DNA from: Escherichia coli
GTDB taxonomy: Bacteria; Pseudomonadota; Gammaproteobacteria; Enterobacterales; Enterobacteriaceae
Length of the DNA: 64,000 nt
Reading direction: 5' to 3' (one strand)
Assembly: GCF_003334765.1 (NCBI RefSeq)
Contig: NZ_QOWT01000015.1
In this document: in pieces, positions 1-11,212 of the stretch
Layout: each line of letters begins with the position of its first letter
How positions within the stretch are numbered: position 1 is the first letter of the stretch
Notes under the pieces: generated by a model
Told to the model about the DNA's origin: nothing
What the model saw: only the letters and a program-made list of their open reading frames with translations
Database searches by the model: none
Position numbers and translations under genes: made by a program

Positions 1-511
1 CTGTCGGTTCATCGAGAATTAACAAGCGCACCTGTTTATTAAGTGCCTTGGCAATTTCAACCAGTTGTTGTTGCCCAAGCCCTAAATCGCCAACGCGGGT
101 ATCAGGTGAAATGGATAAACTGACCTGTGCGAGCAGCTTCTGACAGCGTAGCGTCATCAGGTCATAATCCATAATGCCATTGTGGGTTATTTCGTTACCC
201 AGGAAGATATTTTCCAGCACGGTCAATTCTTTCACCAGGGCCAATTCCTGATGAATGATGGCGATACCTTTGCGTTCGGTATCGCGGATGTGACTCGCCT
301 GAATCTCTTCTCCCGCAAAAATAATTTCGCCTTCGTAGGAGCCATGGGGATAAATACCACACAGCACTTTCATCAGCGTTGATTTACCAGACCCATTTTC
401 CCCACAAAGTGAGACGATTTCGCCAGCATTCAACCGCAAGCAGACGTTATCAATCGCCTTCACACTGCCGAAGGTTTTGGTAATGTTCTTCATTTCAAGT
501 AGATAAGGCAT
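1..511 (-). CDS. xylG: Xylose ABC transporter ATP-binding protein, N-terminal portion; gene continues beyond window start
   Basis: Reverse-strand translation from the ATG at ~509-511 reads [22 protein letters not shown]... with Walker A motif GENGSGKST; no stop before the window edge; lies directly downstream of xylF on the same strand. Absent from ORF track because it is truncated. Confidence 0.85.
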   Translation of the reverse strand, partial: MPYLLEMKNITKTFGSVKAIDNVCLRLNAGEIVSLCGENGSGKSTLMKVLCGIYPHGSYEGEIIFAGEEIQASHIRDTERKGIAIIHQELALVKELTVLENIFLGNEITHNGIMDYDLMTLRCQKLLAQVSLSISPDTRVGDLGLGQQQLVEIAKALNKQVRLLILDEPT

Positions 512-588
512 AACGACTCCACCTAAGCCAATTCATTCACGCGGCATGGAGAGAAATCACGCCCCCGCTCCGCGCTGGGGCGTAACGC

Positions 589-1581
589 TTACAGCTCGCT
601 CTCTTTGTGGAATCCGTCTTTAATTACCGTATCTTTGATGTTGTTTTTATTCACATCGATCGGTGTCAGGAGGCGGGAGGGGACATCTTTCAGGCCATTA
701 TTCAGTGTGGTATCTGCTTTTGGTTCCTGACCATTGCCCAACTCAACGGCAATTTCTGCGGCAGTATTTGCCAACAACGTAATAGGTTTATACACCGTCA
801 TAGTTTGCGTACCGGCAGCAATACGTTTAATACCTGCGAGATCCGCATCCTGGCCGGAGATTGCTACTTTCCCTGATAAACCTTGCGCGCTTAATGCCTG
901 AATTGCCCCACCTGCGGTGGCATCGTTTGAGGCAACTACAGCATCAATTTTGTTATTATTGGCGGTTAGCGCGTTTTCCATAATTTTCAATGCGTTTTCC
1001 GGTAACCAGCCATCAACCCATTGGTCACCAACGACTTTAATTTTTCCGGAATCAACGTAAGGTTTTAACACTTTCATTTGTCCGGCGCGGAACAGCTTGG
1101 CGTTGTTATCTACCGGCGAGCCGCCCATCAGGAAGTAATTACCTTGCGGAACAATATCGACCAGGGCTTTTGCCTGCAGTTCACCGACTTTTTCGTTATC
1201 GAAAGAAATATAAAAATCGATATCCGCATCGTTAATCATACGGTCGTAAGCTAATACTTTAATGCCTTCTTGTTTGGCTTCTTTTACAACGTTACTTAAT
1301 ACCTGACCGTTATACGGAATAATGACAAGAACATCGACACCCCGGTTTATCATGTTTTCAATCTGCGACATTTGTGTTTCTTCATTGCCATTTGCAGACT
1401 GTACAAATACTTTCGCGCCGAGAGATTCTGCCTTTTTCACAAAGATATCTCGATCTTTTTGCCAGCGTTCAAGACGGAGATCATCAATCGCCATACCTAT
1501 TTTGACTTCTTTGGCGTGTGCAGCAACGTTGGTAAGCAGGAGTGAGGTGCAAAGGGTGAGTAGAATGTTCTTTATTTTCAT
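589..1581 (-). CDS. xylF: D-xylose ABC transporter periplasmic binding protein (330 aa)
   Basis: ORF track 589..1659; internal start MKIKNILLTLCTSLLLTNVAAHA (signal peptide) matches XylF; the upstream 26 codons are treated as a spurious extension. Confidence 0.95.
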   Translation of the reverse strand: MKIKNILLTLCTSLLLTNVAAHAKEVKIGMAIDDLRLERWQKDRDIFVKKAESLGAKVFVQSANGNEETQMSQIENMINRGVDVLVIIPYNGQVLSNVVKEAKQEGIKVLAYDRMINDADIDFYISFDNEKVGELQAKALVDIVPQGNYFLMGGSPVDNNAKLFRAGQMKVLKPYVDSGKIKVVGDQWVDGWLPENALKIMENALTANNNKIDAVVASNDATAGGAIQALSAQGLSGKVAISGQDADLAGIKRIAAGTQTMTVYKPITLLANTAAEIAVELGNGQEPKADTTLNNGLKDVPSRLLTPIDVNKNNIKDTVIKDGFHKESEL

Positions 1582-1946
1582 GGTGTAGGGCCTTCTGTAG
1601 TTAGAGGACAGTTTTAATAAGTAACAATCACCGCGATAAACGTAACCAATTTTTAGCAACTAAACAGGGGAAAACAATTACAGATTTTTATCTTTCGATT
1701 ACGATTTTTGGTTTATTTCTTGATTTATGACCGAGATCTTACTTTTGTTGCGCAATTGTACTTATTGCATTTTTCTCTTCGAGGAATTACCCAGTTTCAT
1801 CATTCCATTTTATTTTGCGAGCGAGCGCACACTTGTGAATTATCTCAATAGCAGTGTGAAATAACATAATTGAGCAACTGAAAGGGAGTGCCCAATATTA
1901 CGACATCATCCATCACCCGCGGCATTACCTGATTATGGAGTTCAAT
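1582..1946. promoter_or_regulatory. Divergent xylF / xylA promoter-operator region (expected XylR and CRP control region)
   Basis: 365 bp AT-rich intergenic region between divergently transcribed xylF and xylA; contains TGTGA-type half-sites (~1835-1860) and GGAG Shine-Dalgarno before the xylA ATG. Exact XylR/CRP sites not resolved by eye. Confidence 0.6.
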
Positions 1947-3269
1947 ATGCAAGCCTATTTTGACCAGCTCGATCGCGTTCGTTATGAAGGCTCAAAATCC
2001 TCAAACCCGTTAGCATTCCGTCACTACAATCCCGACGAACTGGTGTTGGGTAAGCGTATGGAAGAGCACTTGCGTTTTGCCGCCTGCTACTGGCACACCT
2101 TCTGCTGGAACGGGGCGGATATGTTTGGTGTGGGGGCGTTTAATCGTCCGTGGCAGCAGCCTGGTGAGGCACTGGCGTTGGCGAAGCGTAAAGCAGATGT
2201 CGCATTTGAGTTTTTCCACAAGTTACATGTGCCATTTTATTGCTTCCACGATGTGGATGTTTCCCCTGAGGGCGCGTCGTTAAAAGAGTACATCAATAAT
2301 TTTGCGCAAATGGTTGATGTCCTGGCAGGCAAGCAAGAAGAGAGCGGCGTGAAGCTGCTGTGGGGAACCGCCAACTGCTTTACAAACCCTCGCTACGGCG
2401 CGGGTGCGGCGACGAACCCAGATCCTGAAGTCTTCAGCTGGGCGGCAACGCAAGTTGTTACAGCGATGGAAGCAACCCATAAATTGGGCGGTGAAAACTA
2501 TGTCCTGTGGGGCGGTCGTGAAGGTTACGAAACGCTGTTAAATACCGACTTGCGTCAGGAGCGTGAACAACTGGGCCGCTTTATGCAGATGGTGGTTGAG
2601 CATAAACATAAAATCGGTTTCCAGGGCACGTTGCTTATCGAACCGAAACCGCAAGAACCGACCAAACATCAATATGATTACGATGCCGCGACGGTCTATG
2701 GCTTCCTGAAACAGTTTGGTCTGGAAAAAGAGATTAAACTGAACATTGAAGCTAACCACGCGACGCTGGCAGGTCACTCTTTCCATCATGAAATAGCCAC
2801 CGCCATTGCGCTTGGCCTGTTCGGTTCTGTCGACGCCAACCGTGGCGATGCGCAACTGGGCTGGGACACCGACCAGTTCCCGAACAGTGTGGAAGAGAAT
2901 GCGCTGGTGATGTATGAAATTCTCAAAGCAGGCGGTTTCACCACCGGTGGTCTGAACTTCGATGCCAAAGTACGTCGTCAAAGTACTGATAAATATGATC
3001 TGTTTTACGGTCATATCGGCGCGATGGATACGATGGCACTGGCGCTGAAAATTGCAGCGCGCATGATTGAAGATGGCGAGCTGGATAAACGCATCGCGCA
3101 GCGTTATTCCGGCTGGAATAGCGAATTGGGCCAGCAAATCCTGAAAGGCCAAATGTCACTGGCAGATTTAGCCAAATATGCTCAGGAACATCATTTGTCT
3201 CCGGTGCATCAGAGTGGTCGCCAGGAACAACTGGAAAATCTGGTAAACCATTATCTGTTCGACAAATAA
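1947..3269 (+). CDS. xylA: Xylose isomerase (440 aa)
   Basis: ORF track 1935..3269; protein [16 protein letters not shown]... with conserved xylose isomerase sequence throughout; start placed at the second ATG, which has a GGAG SD 7 nt upstream. Confidence 0.95.
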
Positions 3270-3340
3270 CGGCTAACTGTGCAGTCCGTTGGCCCGGTTA
3301 TCGGTAGCGATACCGGGCATTTTTTTAAGGAACGATCGAT

Positions 3341-4795
3341 ATGTATATCGGGATAGATCTTGGCACCTCGGGCGTAAAAGTTATTTTGCTCAACGAGCAG
3401 GGTGAGGTGGTTGCTGCGCAAACGGAAAAGCTGACCGTTTCGCGCCCGCATCCACTCTGGTCGGAACAAGACCCGGAACAGTGGTGGCAGGCAACTGATC
3501 GCGCAATGAAAGCTCTGGGCGATCAGCATTCTCTGCAGGACGTTAAAGCATTGGGTATTGCCGGCCAGATGCACGGAGCAACCTTGCTGGATGCTCAGCA
3601 ACGGGTGTTACGCCCTGCCATTTTGTGGAACGACGGGCGCTGTGCGCAAGAGTGCACTTTGCTGGAAGCGCGAGTTCCGCAATCGCGGGTGATTACCGGC
3701 AACCTGATGATGCCCGGATTTACTGCGCCTAAATTGCTATGGGTTCAGCGGCATGAGCCGGAGATATTCCGTCAAATCGACAAAGTATTATTACCGAAAG
3801 ATTACTTGCGTCTGCGTATGACGGGGGAGTTTGCCAGCGATATGTCTGACGCAGCTGGCACCATGTGGCTGGATGTCGCAAAGCGTGACTGGAGTGACGT
3901 CATGCTGCAGGCTTGCGACTTATCTCGTGACCAGATGCCCGCATTATACGAAGGCAGCGAAATTACTGGTGCTTTGTTACCTGAAGTTGCGAAAGCGTGG
4001 GGTATGGCGACGGTGCCAGTTGTCGCAGGCGGTGGCGACAATGCAGCTGGTGCAGTTGGTGTGGGAATGGTTGATGCTAATCAGGCAATGTTATCGCTGG
4101 GGACGTCGGGGGTCTATTTTGCTGTCAGCGAAGGGTTCTTAAGCAAGCCAGAAAGCGCCGTACATAGCTTTTGCCATGCGCTACCGCAACGTTGGCATTT
4201 AATGTCTGTGATGCTGAGTGCAGCGTCGTGTCTGGATTGGGCCGCGAAATTAACCGGCCTGAGCAATGTCCCAGCTTTAATCGCTGCAGCTCAACAGGCT
4301 GATGAAAGTGCCGAGCCAGTTTGGTTTCTGCCTTATCTTTCCGGCGAGCGTACGCCACACAATAATCCCCAGGCGAAGGGGGTTTTCTTTGGTTTGACTC
4401 ATCAACATGGCCCCAATGAACTGGCGCGAGCAGTGCTGGAAGGCGTGGGTTATGCGCTGGCAGATGGCATGGATGTCGTGCATGCCTGCGGTATTAAACC
4501 GCAAAGTGTTACGTTGATTGGGGGCGGGGCGCGTAGTGAGTACTGGCGTCAGATGCTGGCGGATATCAGCGGTCAGCAGCTCGATTACCGTACGGGGGGG
4601 GATGTGGGGCCAGCACTGGGCGCAGCAAGGCTGGCGCAGATCGCGGCGAATCCAGAGAAATCGCTCATTGAATTGTTGCCGCAACTACCGTTAGAACAGT
4701 CGCATCTACCAGATGCGCAGCGTTATGCCGCTTATCAGCCACGACGAGAAACGTTCCGTCGCCTCTATCAGCAACTTCTGCCATTAATGGCGTAA
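3341..4795 (+). CDS. xylB: Xylulokinase (484 aa)
   Basis: ORF track; MYIGIDLGTSGVKVILL... FGGY-family sugar kinase N-terminus; immediately downstream of xylA. Confidence 0.95.
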   Translation: MYIGIDLGTSGVKVILLNEQGEVVAAQTEKLTVSRPHPLWSEQDPEQWWQATDRAMKALGDQHSLQDVKALGIAGQMHGATLLDAQQRVLRPAILWNDGRCAQECTLLEARVPQSRVITGNLMMPGFTAPKLLWVQRHEPEIFRQIDKVLLPKDYLRLRMTGEFASDMSDAAGTMWLDVAKRDWSDVMLQACDLSRDQMPALYEGSEITGALLPEVAKAWGMATVPVVAGGGDNAAGAVGVGMVDANQAMLSLGTSGVYFAVSEGFLSKPESAVHSFCHALPQRWHLMSVMLSAASCLDWAAKLTGLSNVPALIAAAQQADESAEPVWFLPYLSGERTPHNNPQAKGVFFGLTHQHGPNELARAVLEGVGYALADGMDVVHACGIKPQSVTLIGGGARSEYWRQMLADISGQQLDYRTGGDVGPALGAARLAQIAANPEKSLIELLPQLPLEQSHLPDAQRYAAYQPRRETFRRLYQQLLPLMA

Positions 4796-4963
4796 ACGTT
4801 ATCCCCTGCCTGACCGGGTGGGGGATAATTCACATCTATATATCTCAGTAATTAATTAATATTTAGTATGAATTTATTCTGAAAATCATTTGTTAATGGC
4901 ATTTTTCAGTTTTGTCTTTCGTTGGTTACTCGTAATGTATCGCTGGTAGATATGGAGATCGTT

Positions 4964-5305
4964 ATGAAAACCTCAAAGACTGTGGCAAAACTATTATTTG
5001 TTGTCGGGGCGCTGGTTTATCTGGTTGGGCTATGGATCTCATGCCCATTGTTAAGTGGAAAAGGCTATTTTCTTGGCGTGTTAATGACAGCAACTTTTGG
5101 CAACTATGCATATCTTCGCGCAGAAAAACTCGGGCAACTGGATGATTTTTTTACCCATATCTGCCAGTTAGTTGCGTTAATCACTATCGGTCTCTTGTTT
5201 ATCGGTGTTTTAAACGCACCTATCAATACTTATGAAATGGTGATCTATCCCATCGCCTTTTTTGTCTGCTTGTTTGGTCAAATGCGTTTGTTTCGCTCGG
5301 CATGA
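4964..5305 (+). CDS. yiaB: Inner membrane protein YiaB (113 aa)
   Basis: ORF track 4922..5305; internal Met MKTSKTVAKLLFVVGALVYLVGLW... gives a 113 aa hydrophobic protein, a paralog of the next ORF (shared LxGLW and SxKGxY motifs). Confidence 0.8.
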   Translation: MKTSKTVAKLLFVVGALVYLVGLWISCPLLSGKGYFLGVLMTATFGNYAYLRAEKLGQLDDFFTHICQLVALITIGLLFIGVLNAPINTYEMVIYPIAFFVCLFGQMRLFRSA

Positions 5306-5350
5306 GCAACATAAAGCTCTTACATATTCAGGAATGAAAGGAATACTGTG

Positions 5351-5788
5351 ATGGACAACAAAATATCAACCTATTCACCGGCCTTTAGTATTGTGTCATG
5401 GATAGCTCTCGTTGGTGGTATCGTTACCTATCTGTTAGGGCTATGGAATGCAGAGATGCAGTTAAATGAAAAAGGATATTATTTTGCCGTACTGGTATTA
5501 GGACTGTTTTCTGCGGCGTCTTATCAAAAGACCGTTCGGGACAAGTATGAAGGCATACCGACCACTTCCATTTATTATATGACCTGCCTGACTGTCTTTA
5601 TTATCTCTGTTGCATTACTGATGGTAGGTCTGTGGAATGCGACATTATTACTCAGCGAAAAAGGTTTTTATGGACTGGCTTTCTTCTTAAGCTTGTTTGG
5701 TGCAGTAGCGGTGCAGAAAAATATTCGTGATGCCGGAATAAACCCACCAAAAGAAACACAGGTTACCCAGGAAGAATACAGCGAATAA
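5351..5788 (+). CDS. yiaA: Inner membrane protein YiaA (145 aa)
   Basis: ORF track 5348..5788 (GTG then ATG); [23 protein letters not shown]...; contains two internal repeats of the YiaAB motif. Confidence 0.85.
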
Positions 5789-5795
5789 CTCACGT

Positions 5796-5827
5796 AAGCC
5801 CGGTCAGTCCAATGTGACCGGGCTTTT
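5796..5827. terminator. Bidirectional intrinsic terminator between convergent yiaA and wecH
   Basis: Hairpin AAGCCCGGTCA...TGACCGGGCTT followed by a T-run; lies in the 41 bp gap between the convergent genes. Confidence 0.6.
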
Positions 5828-5829
5828 AC

Positions 5830-6825
5830 TTAACTCACTAATCTGTTTCTGTCGATTCGTTGTACCAGCATAGAAAGTAACAAACTCGCTGCCAACGTCG
5901 CGCAAAAGATCCAAATAATATCCAGTATTGGCCAATTTTTAAGCTCAATTCCCCGGGTGCGCAGCGCATGGATAATCAAGGCGTGGAATCCGTATATACC
6001 CAATGAATGGCGGGAGATTAAGCCAAGTCCGCGAATGGTACGCGTATCCAGCGTGTTTTTAACCAGAGTCAATAGCGCGATTGCGCAGATAAAAACCATC
6101 GGCCCACAGTAAAGATACCAGGTATCGGCAAAATTTCCGCGCCACTGCAATTCATATAATGTCCCGCGAGAGATAATAAAAACCCCCGTCGCAAACAGCG
6201 CGGCGCTCACCCACGACAGTGCTTTATGCTGTGTGTCCATCATCCCTATAGCGCGGCCCAACATGCCATACAGAATGTAGTAAAAAGTATCGCCATTGAT
6301 ATATAAGTTAATTGGCAGCCATTCAAAACCGTCAATTTTCTGCGGCACTGTGTTTGGGTTAGCGATAATGCCAATCACCGCCATTAGCACCAGCAACATT
6401 TTTCCGCCGACGTTCTTCACCTGAATCAGCGGTGAAACCAGATAAATCACCGCAATCGCGAAGAAAAACCACAAGTGGTAAAACACTGGCTTTTGCAGCA
6501 GGTTTTTCAGCGCTAACTCCATATTGATGGAGGTAAACAGCGCAATGTAGAGCAGTGCGATTGCGCTATAAAAAATCAGACATAAGCCGATACGCAAGAA
6601 ATGGCGCGGCTGGGCGCTGCGTTCGCCAAAAAAGAGATAGCCGGAAATCATGAAAAATAGCGGCACGCTGACACGAGAGGCAGAATTCAGAACATTGGCG
6701 ATATCCCATGTGACGGGGCTAACACTATGAGCATTGGTCACATACCAGGTAGTGGTGTGAATCATCACCACCATTAAACACGCTATCCCTCGCAGGTTAT
6801 CAATCCAGTAAATTTTGGGCTGCAT
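5830..6825 (-). CDS. wecH: O-acetyltransferase WecH (YiaH), acyltransferase-3 family membrane protein (331 aa)
   Basis: ORF track; multi-pass hydrophobic protein [25 protein letters not shown]... typical of the acyltransferase-3 family. Confidence 0.9.
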
Positions 6826-6999
6826 CTGTGTCTCTGTATCTGGTTAAAAAAAGTCTGACCGATAAATCATTTGGTTGGCGCACTGGAATAATCTGAGTTT
6901 TATCACTACAGCTTATAGAGGCTTAAGGAAATTCGTAAGATATCAGCCACTATACCGATATAAATAATAAGACTCACCTGCAAACCAGACGGTAATTTA

Positions 7000-7299
7000 A
7001 TGATGATGAACGCTTTCTTTCCGGCAATGGCGCTTATGGTGCTAGTGGGTTGTTCTATACCGTCACCCGTGCAGAAAGCACAACGGGTAAAGGTTGATCC
7101 TCTGCGTTCGTTGAATATGGAAGCGTTATGCAAGGATCAGGCGGCAAAACGTTATAACACCGGCGAGCAAAAAATCGACGTCACCGCCTTCGAACAGTTC
7201 CAGGGAAGCTATGAAATGCGCGGTTATACCTTCCGTAAAGAGCAGTTTGTCTGTTCTTTTGACGCGGATGGCCATTTTTTGCATCTTTCCATGCGTTAA
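7000..7299 (+). CDS. ysaB: Small lipoprotein YsaB (99 aa)
   Basis: ORF track; signal peptide with lipobox LVGC, then a soluble domain; position between wecH and glyQ. Confidence 0.8.
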   Translation: MMMNAFFPAMALMVLVGCSIPSPVQKAQRVKVDPLRSLNMEALCKDQAAKRYNTGEQKIDVTAFEQFQGSYEMRGYTFRKEQFVCSFDADGHFLHLSMR

Positions 7300-7393
7300 G
7301 CCCTGCTTTTTCCCGTTTCGTACTGTATATCTTCCATCCAGCGGGTATACTGATCCCTTCCTTTAAATCCACACGTATCCAGCACGAAATAAT

Positions 7394-8305
7394 ATGCAAA
7401 AGTTTGATACCAGGACCTTCCAGGGCTTGATCCTGACCTTACAGGATTACTGGGCTCGCCAGGGCTGCACCATTGTTCAACCATTGGACATGGAAGTCGG
7501 CGCGGGAACCTCTCACCCAATGACCTGTCTGCGCGCGCTGGGGCCAGAACCGATGGCGGCTGCTTATGTTCAGCCTTCTCGTCGCCCGACCGATGGTCGC
7601 TACGGCGAAAACCCCAACCGTTTACAGCACTACTATCAGTTCCAGGTGGTCATTAAGCCATCGCCGGACAATATTCAGGAGCTGTACCTCGGTTCTCTGA
7701 AAGAGCTGGGCATGGACCCGACTATTCACGACATCCGTTTCGTGGAAGATAACTGGGAAAACCCGACGCTGGGTGCCTGGGGACTGGGCTGGGAAGTGTG
7801 GCTGAACGGCATGGAAGTGACGCAGTTCACTTACTTCCAGCAGGTTGGTGGTCTGGAGTGTAAACCGGTTACCGGCGAGATCACCTACGGTCTGGAACGT
7901 CTGGCCATGTACATTCAGGGCGTAGACAGCGTTTACGACCTGGTCTGGAGCGACGGCCCGCTGGGTAAAACCACCTACGGCGACGTGTTCCATCAGAACG
8001 AAGTGGAGCAGTCCACTTACAACTTCGAATACGCGGATGTGGACTTCCTGTTCACCTGCTTCGAGCAGTACGAGAAAGAAGCGCAGCAGCTGCTGGCGCT
8101 GGAAAATCCGCTGCCGCTGCCAGCCTACGAGCGTATTCTGAAAGCCGCCCACAGCTTCAACCTGCTGGATGCGCGTAAAGCCATCTCCGTCACCGAGCGT
8201 CAGCGCTACATTCTGCGCATTCGCACCCTGACCAAAGCAGTGGCAGAAGCATACTACGCTTCCCGTGAAGCCCTCGGCTTCCCGATGTGCAACAAAGATA
8301 AGTAA
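7394..8305 (+). CDS. glyQ: Glycine--tRNA ligase alpha subunit (303 aa)
   Basis: ORF track; [39 protein letters not shown]... is unmistakably GlyQ. Confidence 0.97.
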
Positions 8306-8314
8306 GAGGCGGCT

Positions 8315-10384
8315 ATGTCTGAGAAAACTTTTCTGGTGGAAATCGGCACTGAAGAGCTGCCACCAAAAGCACTGCGCAGCCTGGCTGAGTCCTTTGCTGC
8401 GAACTTTACTGCGGAGCTGGATAACGCTGGCCTCGCACACGGCACCGTTCAATGGTTTGCTGCTCCGCGTCGTCTGGCGCTGAAAGTAGCTAACCTGGCG
8501 GAAGCGCAACCGGATCGTGAAATCGAAAAACGCGGCCCGGCGATTGCCCAGGCGTTCGACGCTGAAGGCAAACCGAGCAAAGCGGCAGAAGGTTGGGCGC
8601 GTGGTTGCGGTATTACCGTTGACCAGGCTGAGCGTCTGACTACCGATAAAGGCGAATGGCTGCTGTATCGCGCCCATGTGAAGGGCGAAAGCACCGAAGC
8701 ACTGCTGCCGAATATGGTTGCGACTTCTCTGGCGAAACTGCCGATCCCGAAACTGATGCGTTGGGGCGCAAGCGACGTGCACTTCGTGCGTCCGGTGCAC
8801 ACCGTGACCCTGCTGCTGGGCGACAAAGTCATTCCGGCAACCATTCTGGGCATTCAGTCCGATCGCGTGATTCGCGGCCACCGCTTTATGGGCGAGCCGG
8901 AATTCACCATCGATAACGCCGATCAGTATCCGGAAATTCTGCGTGAGCGTGGGAAAGTCATCGCCGATTACGAAGAACGTAAGGCGAAGATTAAAGCCGA
9001 TGCCGAAGAAGCAGCGCGTAAGATTGGCGGTAACGCTGACTTAAGCGAAAGCCTGCTGGAAGAAGTGGCTTCGCTGGTGGAGTGGCCGGTCGTTCTGACC
9101 GCAAAATTCGAAGAGAAATTCCTCGCGGTGCCGGCTGAAGCGCTGGTTTACACCATGAAAGGTGACCAGAAATACTTCCCGGTGTATGCGAACGACGGCA
9201 AACTGCTGCCGAACTTTATCTTCGTTGCCAACATCGAATCGAAAGATCCGCAGCAGATTATCTCCGGTAACGAGAAAGTCGTTCGTCCGCGTCTGGCGGA
9301 TGCCGAGTTCTTCTTCAACACCGACCGTAAAAAACGTCTTGAAGATAACCTGCCGCGCCTGCAAACCGTGTTGTTCCAGCAACAGTTGGGGACGCTGCGC
9401 GACAAAACTGACCGCATCCAGGCGCTGGCTGGCTGGATTGCTGAACAGATTGGCGCTGACGTTAACCACGCTACCCGTGCGGGTCTGCTGTCTAAGTGCG
9501 ACCTGATGACCAACATGGTCTTCGAGTTCACCGACACCCAGGGCGTTATGGGGATGCACTATGCGCGTCACGATGGCGAAGCGGAAGATGTCGCGGTGGC
9601 GCTGAATGAGCAGTATCAGCCGCGTTTTGCTGGTGATGACCTGCCGTCCAACCCAGTAGCTTGTGCGCTGGCGATTGCTGACAAGATGGATACCCTGGCG
9701 GGTATCTTCGGTATCGGTCAGCATCCGAAAGGCGACAAAGACCCGTTTGCGCTGCGTCGTGCCGCGCTTGGCGTGCTGCGAATTATCGTTGAGAAGAACC
9801 TCAACCTTGATCTGCAAACGCTGACCGAAGAAGCGGTGCGTCTGTATGGCGATAAGCTGACTAATGCCAACGTAGTTGATGATGTTATCGACTTTATGCT
9901 CGGTCGCTTCCGCGCCTGGTATCAGGACGAAGGTTATACCGTTGACACCATCCAGGCGGTACTGGCGCGTCGTCCGACTCGTCCGGCTGATTTCGATGCC
10001 CGTATGAAAGCGGTATCGCATTTCCGTACCCTGGATGCAGCTGCTGCACTGGCGGCGGCGAACAAACGTGTATCTAACATTCTGGCGAAATCTGACGAAG
10101 TGCTGAGCGACCGCGTGAATGCCTCTACCCTGAAAGAGCCGGAAGAAATTAAACTGGCGATGCAGGTTGTGGTGCTACGTGACAAGCTGGAGCCGTACTT
10201 TACGGAAGGTCGTTACCAGGATGCGCTGGTCGAACTGGCTGAGCTGCGTGAACCGGTTGATGCTTTCTTCGATAAAGTGATGGTCATGGTTGATGACAAA
10301 GAATTGCGTATCAACCGTCTGACCATGCTGGAGAAACTGCGCGAACTGTTCCTGCGCGTTGCGGATATTTCGCTGTTGCAATAA
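8315..10384 (+). CDS. glyS: Glycine--tRNA ligase beta subunit (689 aa)
   Basis: ORF track; [28 protein letters not shown]...; begins 9 bp after the glyQ stop (operon). Confidence 0.97.
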   Translation: MSEKTFLVEIGTEELPPKALRSLAESFAANFTAELDNAGLAHGTVQWFAAPRRLALKVANLAEAQPDREIEKRGPAIAQAFDAEGKPSKAAEGWARGCGITVDQAERLTTDKGEWLLYRAHVKGESTEALLPNMVATSLAKLPIPKLMRWGASDVHFVRPVHTVTLLLGDKVIPATILGIQSDRVIRGHRFMGEPEFTIDNADQYPEILRERGKVIADYEERKAKIKADAEEAARKIGGNADLSESLLEEVASLVEWPVVLTAKFEEKFLAVPAEALVYTMKGDQKYFPVYANDGKLLPNFIFVANIESKDPQQIISGNEKVVRPRLADAEFFFNTDRKKRLEDNLPRLQTVLFQQQLGTLRDKTDRIQALAGWIAEQIGADVNHATRAGLLSKCDLMTNMVFEFTDTQGVMGMHYARHDGEAEDVAVALNEQYQPRFAGDDLPSNPVACALAIADKMDTLAGIFGIGQHPKGDKDPFALRRAALGVLRIIVEKNLNLDLQTLTEEAVRLYGDKLTNANVVDDVIDFMLGRFRAWYQDEGYTVDTIQAVLARRPTRPADFDARMKAVSHFRTLDAAAALAAANKRVSNILAKSDEVLSDRVNASTLKEPEEIKLAMQVVVLRDKLEPYFTEGRYQDALVELAELREPVDAFFDKVMVMVDDKELRINRLTMLEKLRELFLRVADISLLQ

Positions 10385-10401
10385 TAACGCCGTTATTAAA
10401 T

Positions 10402-10428
10402 AGCCTGCCATCTGGCAGGCTTTTTTTA
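10402..10428 (+). terminator. Intrinsic terminator of glyQS
   Basis: AGCCTGCC-ATCT-GGCAGGCT hairpin followed by TTTTTTT, 18 bp after the glyS stop. Confidence 0.8.
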
Positions 10429-10539
10429 TCGCTAAATAATACAGCAACCTTTAATAATCTTCTGCTGAATAAAGATTATCTCATATATTAATTTTATGAG
10501 ATTTTTTTAGGATTATATCAAGGAGAAGAAACAAACTTA

Positions 10540-10615
10540 TTAAGCTAGAATAGCCACGGGTGCTTGAGACTGTTTGTCTCAGGTATTCACCGAAAGGCAG
10601 ACAGAGAAAAGCCCC
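10540..10615 (-). ncRNA. sokA: Putative Sok-type antisense RNA of the hokA locus (approximate position)
   Basis: Inferred only from hok/sok architecture: the antisense RNA lies opposite the hok mRNA leader, roughly 50-120 nt upstream of the hok start. The region contains inverted repeats (GCTTGAGACTGTTTGTCTCAGG). Boundaries not determined. Confidence 0.2.
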
Positions 10616-10660
10616 ACCTGACTATAAATCAAAGTTGGAAATCAACACAGGAGGCTGGGA

Positions 10661-10813
10661 ATGCCGCAGAAATATAGATTACTTTCTTTAATAGTGATTT
10701 GTTTCACGCTTTTATTTTTCACCTGGATGATAAGAGATTCACTGTGTGAATTGCATATTAAACAGGAGAGTTATGAGCTGGCGGCGTTTTTAGCCTGCAA
10801 ATTGAAAGAGTAA
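10661..10813 (+). CDS. hokA: Hok-family type I toxin (50 aa)
   Basis: Hand-translated (too short for the ORF track): MPQKYRLLSLIVICFTLLFFTWMIRDSLCELHIKQESYELAAFLACKLKE; GGAGG SD 6-10 nt upstream; single transmembrane helix plus conserved Cys typical of Hok/Gef. Confidence 0.85.
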   Translation: MPQKYRLLSLIVICFTLLFFTWMIRDSLCELHIKQESYELAAFLACKLKE

Positions 10814-10999
10814 GAGTCTTCGGCGGGAAATTATTCCCGCCTTACTTACGGCGTTGCGCATTCTCATTGCACCCAAATTTATTCTTCACAAAAATAATAA
10901 TAGATTTTATTACGCGATCGATTATTTATTTCCTGAAAACAAATAAAAAAATCCCCGCCAAATGGCAGGGATCTTAGATTCTGTGCTTTTAAGCAGAGA

Positions 11000-11212
11000 T
11001 TACAGGCTGGTTACGTTACCAGCTGCCGGGCCTTTAGCGCCGCTTTCGATGGTGAAGGACACTTTCTGACCTTCGTCCAGAGATTTGTAACCATCGTTCT
11101 GGATAGCAGAGAAGTGTACGAACACATCTTTAGAGCCATCGTCAGGAGTGATGAAGCCGAAGCCTTTGTCAGCGTTGAACCATTTTACGATACCAGTCAT
11201 TTTACCGGACAT
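11000..11212 (-). CDS. cspA: Major cold-shock protein CspA (70 aa)
   Basis: ORF track; [38 protein letters not shown]... with the RNP1 motif KGFGFI. Confidence 0.97.

Noticed and set aside
589-1659. N-terminal extensions in ORF-track calls (xylF, xylA, yiaF, ghrB, tag, yhjX, eptB, yhjV, bcsA, bcsB, kdgK, pdeH, yhjC, yhjG)
   Set aside because: In each case an internal Met gives the canonical N-terminus (signal peptide, lipobox or conserved start) with a plausible SD, and the extension runs into a promoter, terminator or neighbouring gene. Starts were trimmed.
7622-8881. 419 aa ORF on the minus strand spanning the glyQ-glyS junction
   Set aside because: Lies entirely antisense to two highly conserved aminoacyl-tRNA synthetase genes; Arg/His/Gln-rich low-complexity translation typical of an antisense frame in GC-rich coding DNA; no SD or promoter context.
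9041-10021. 326 aa minus-strand ORF inside glyS
   Set aside because: Antisense shadow ORF of glyS; no independent support.
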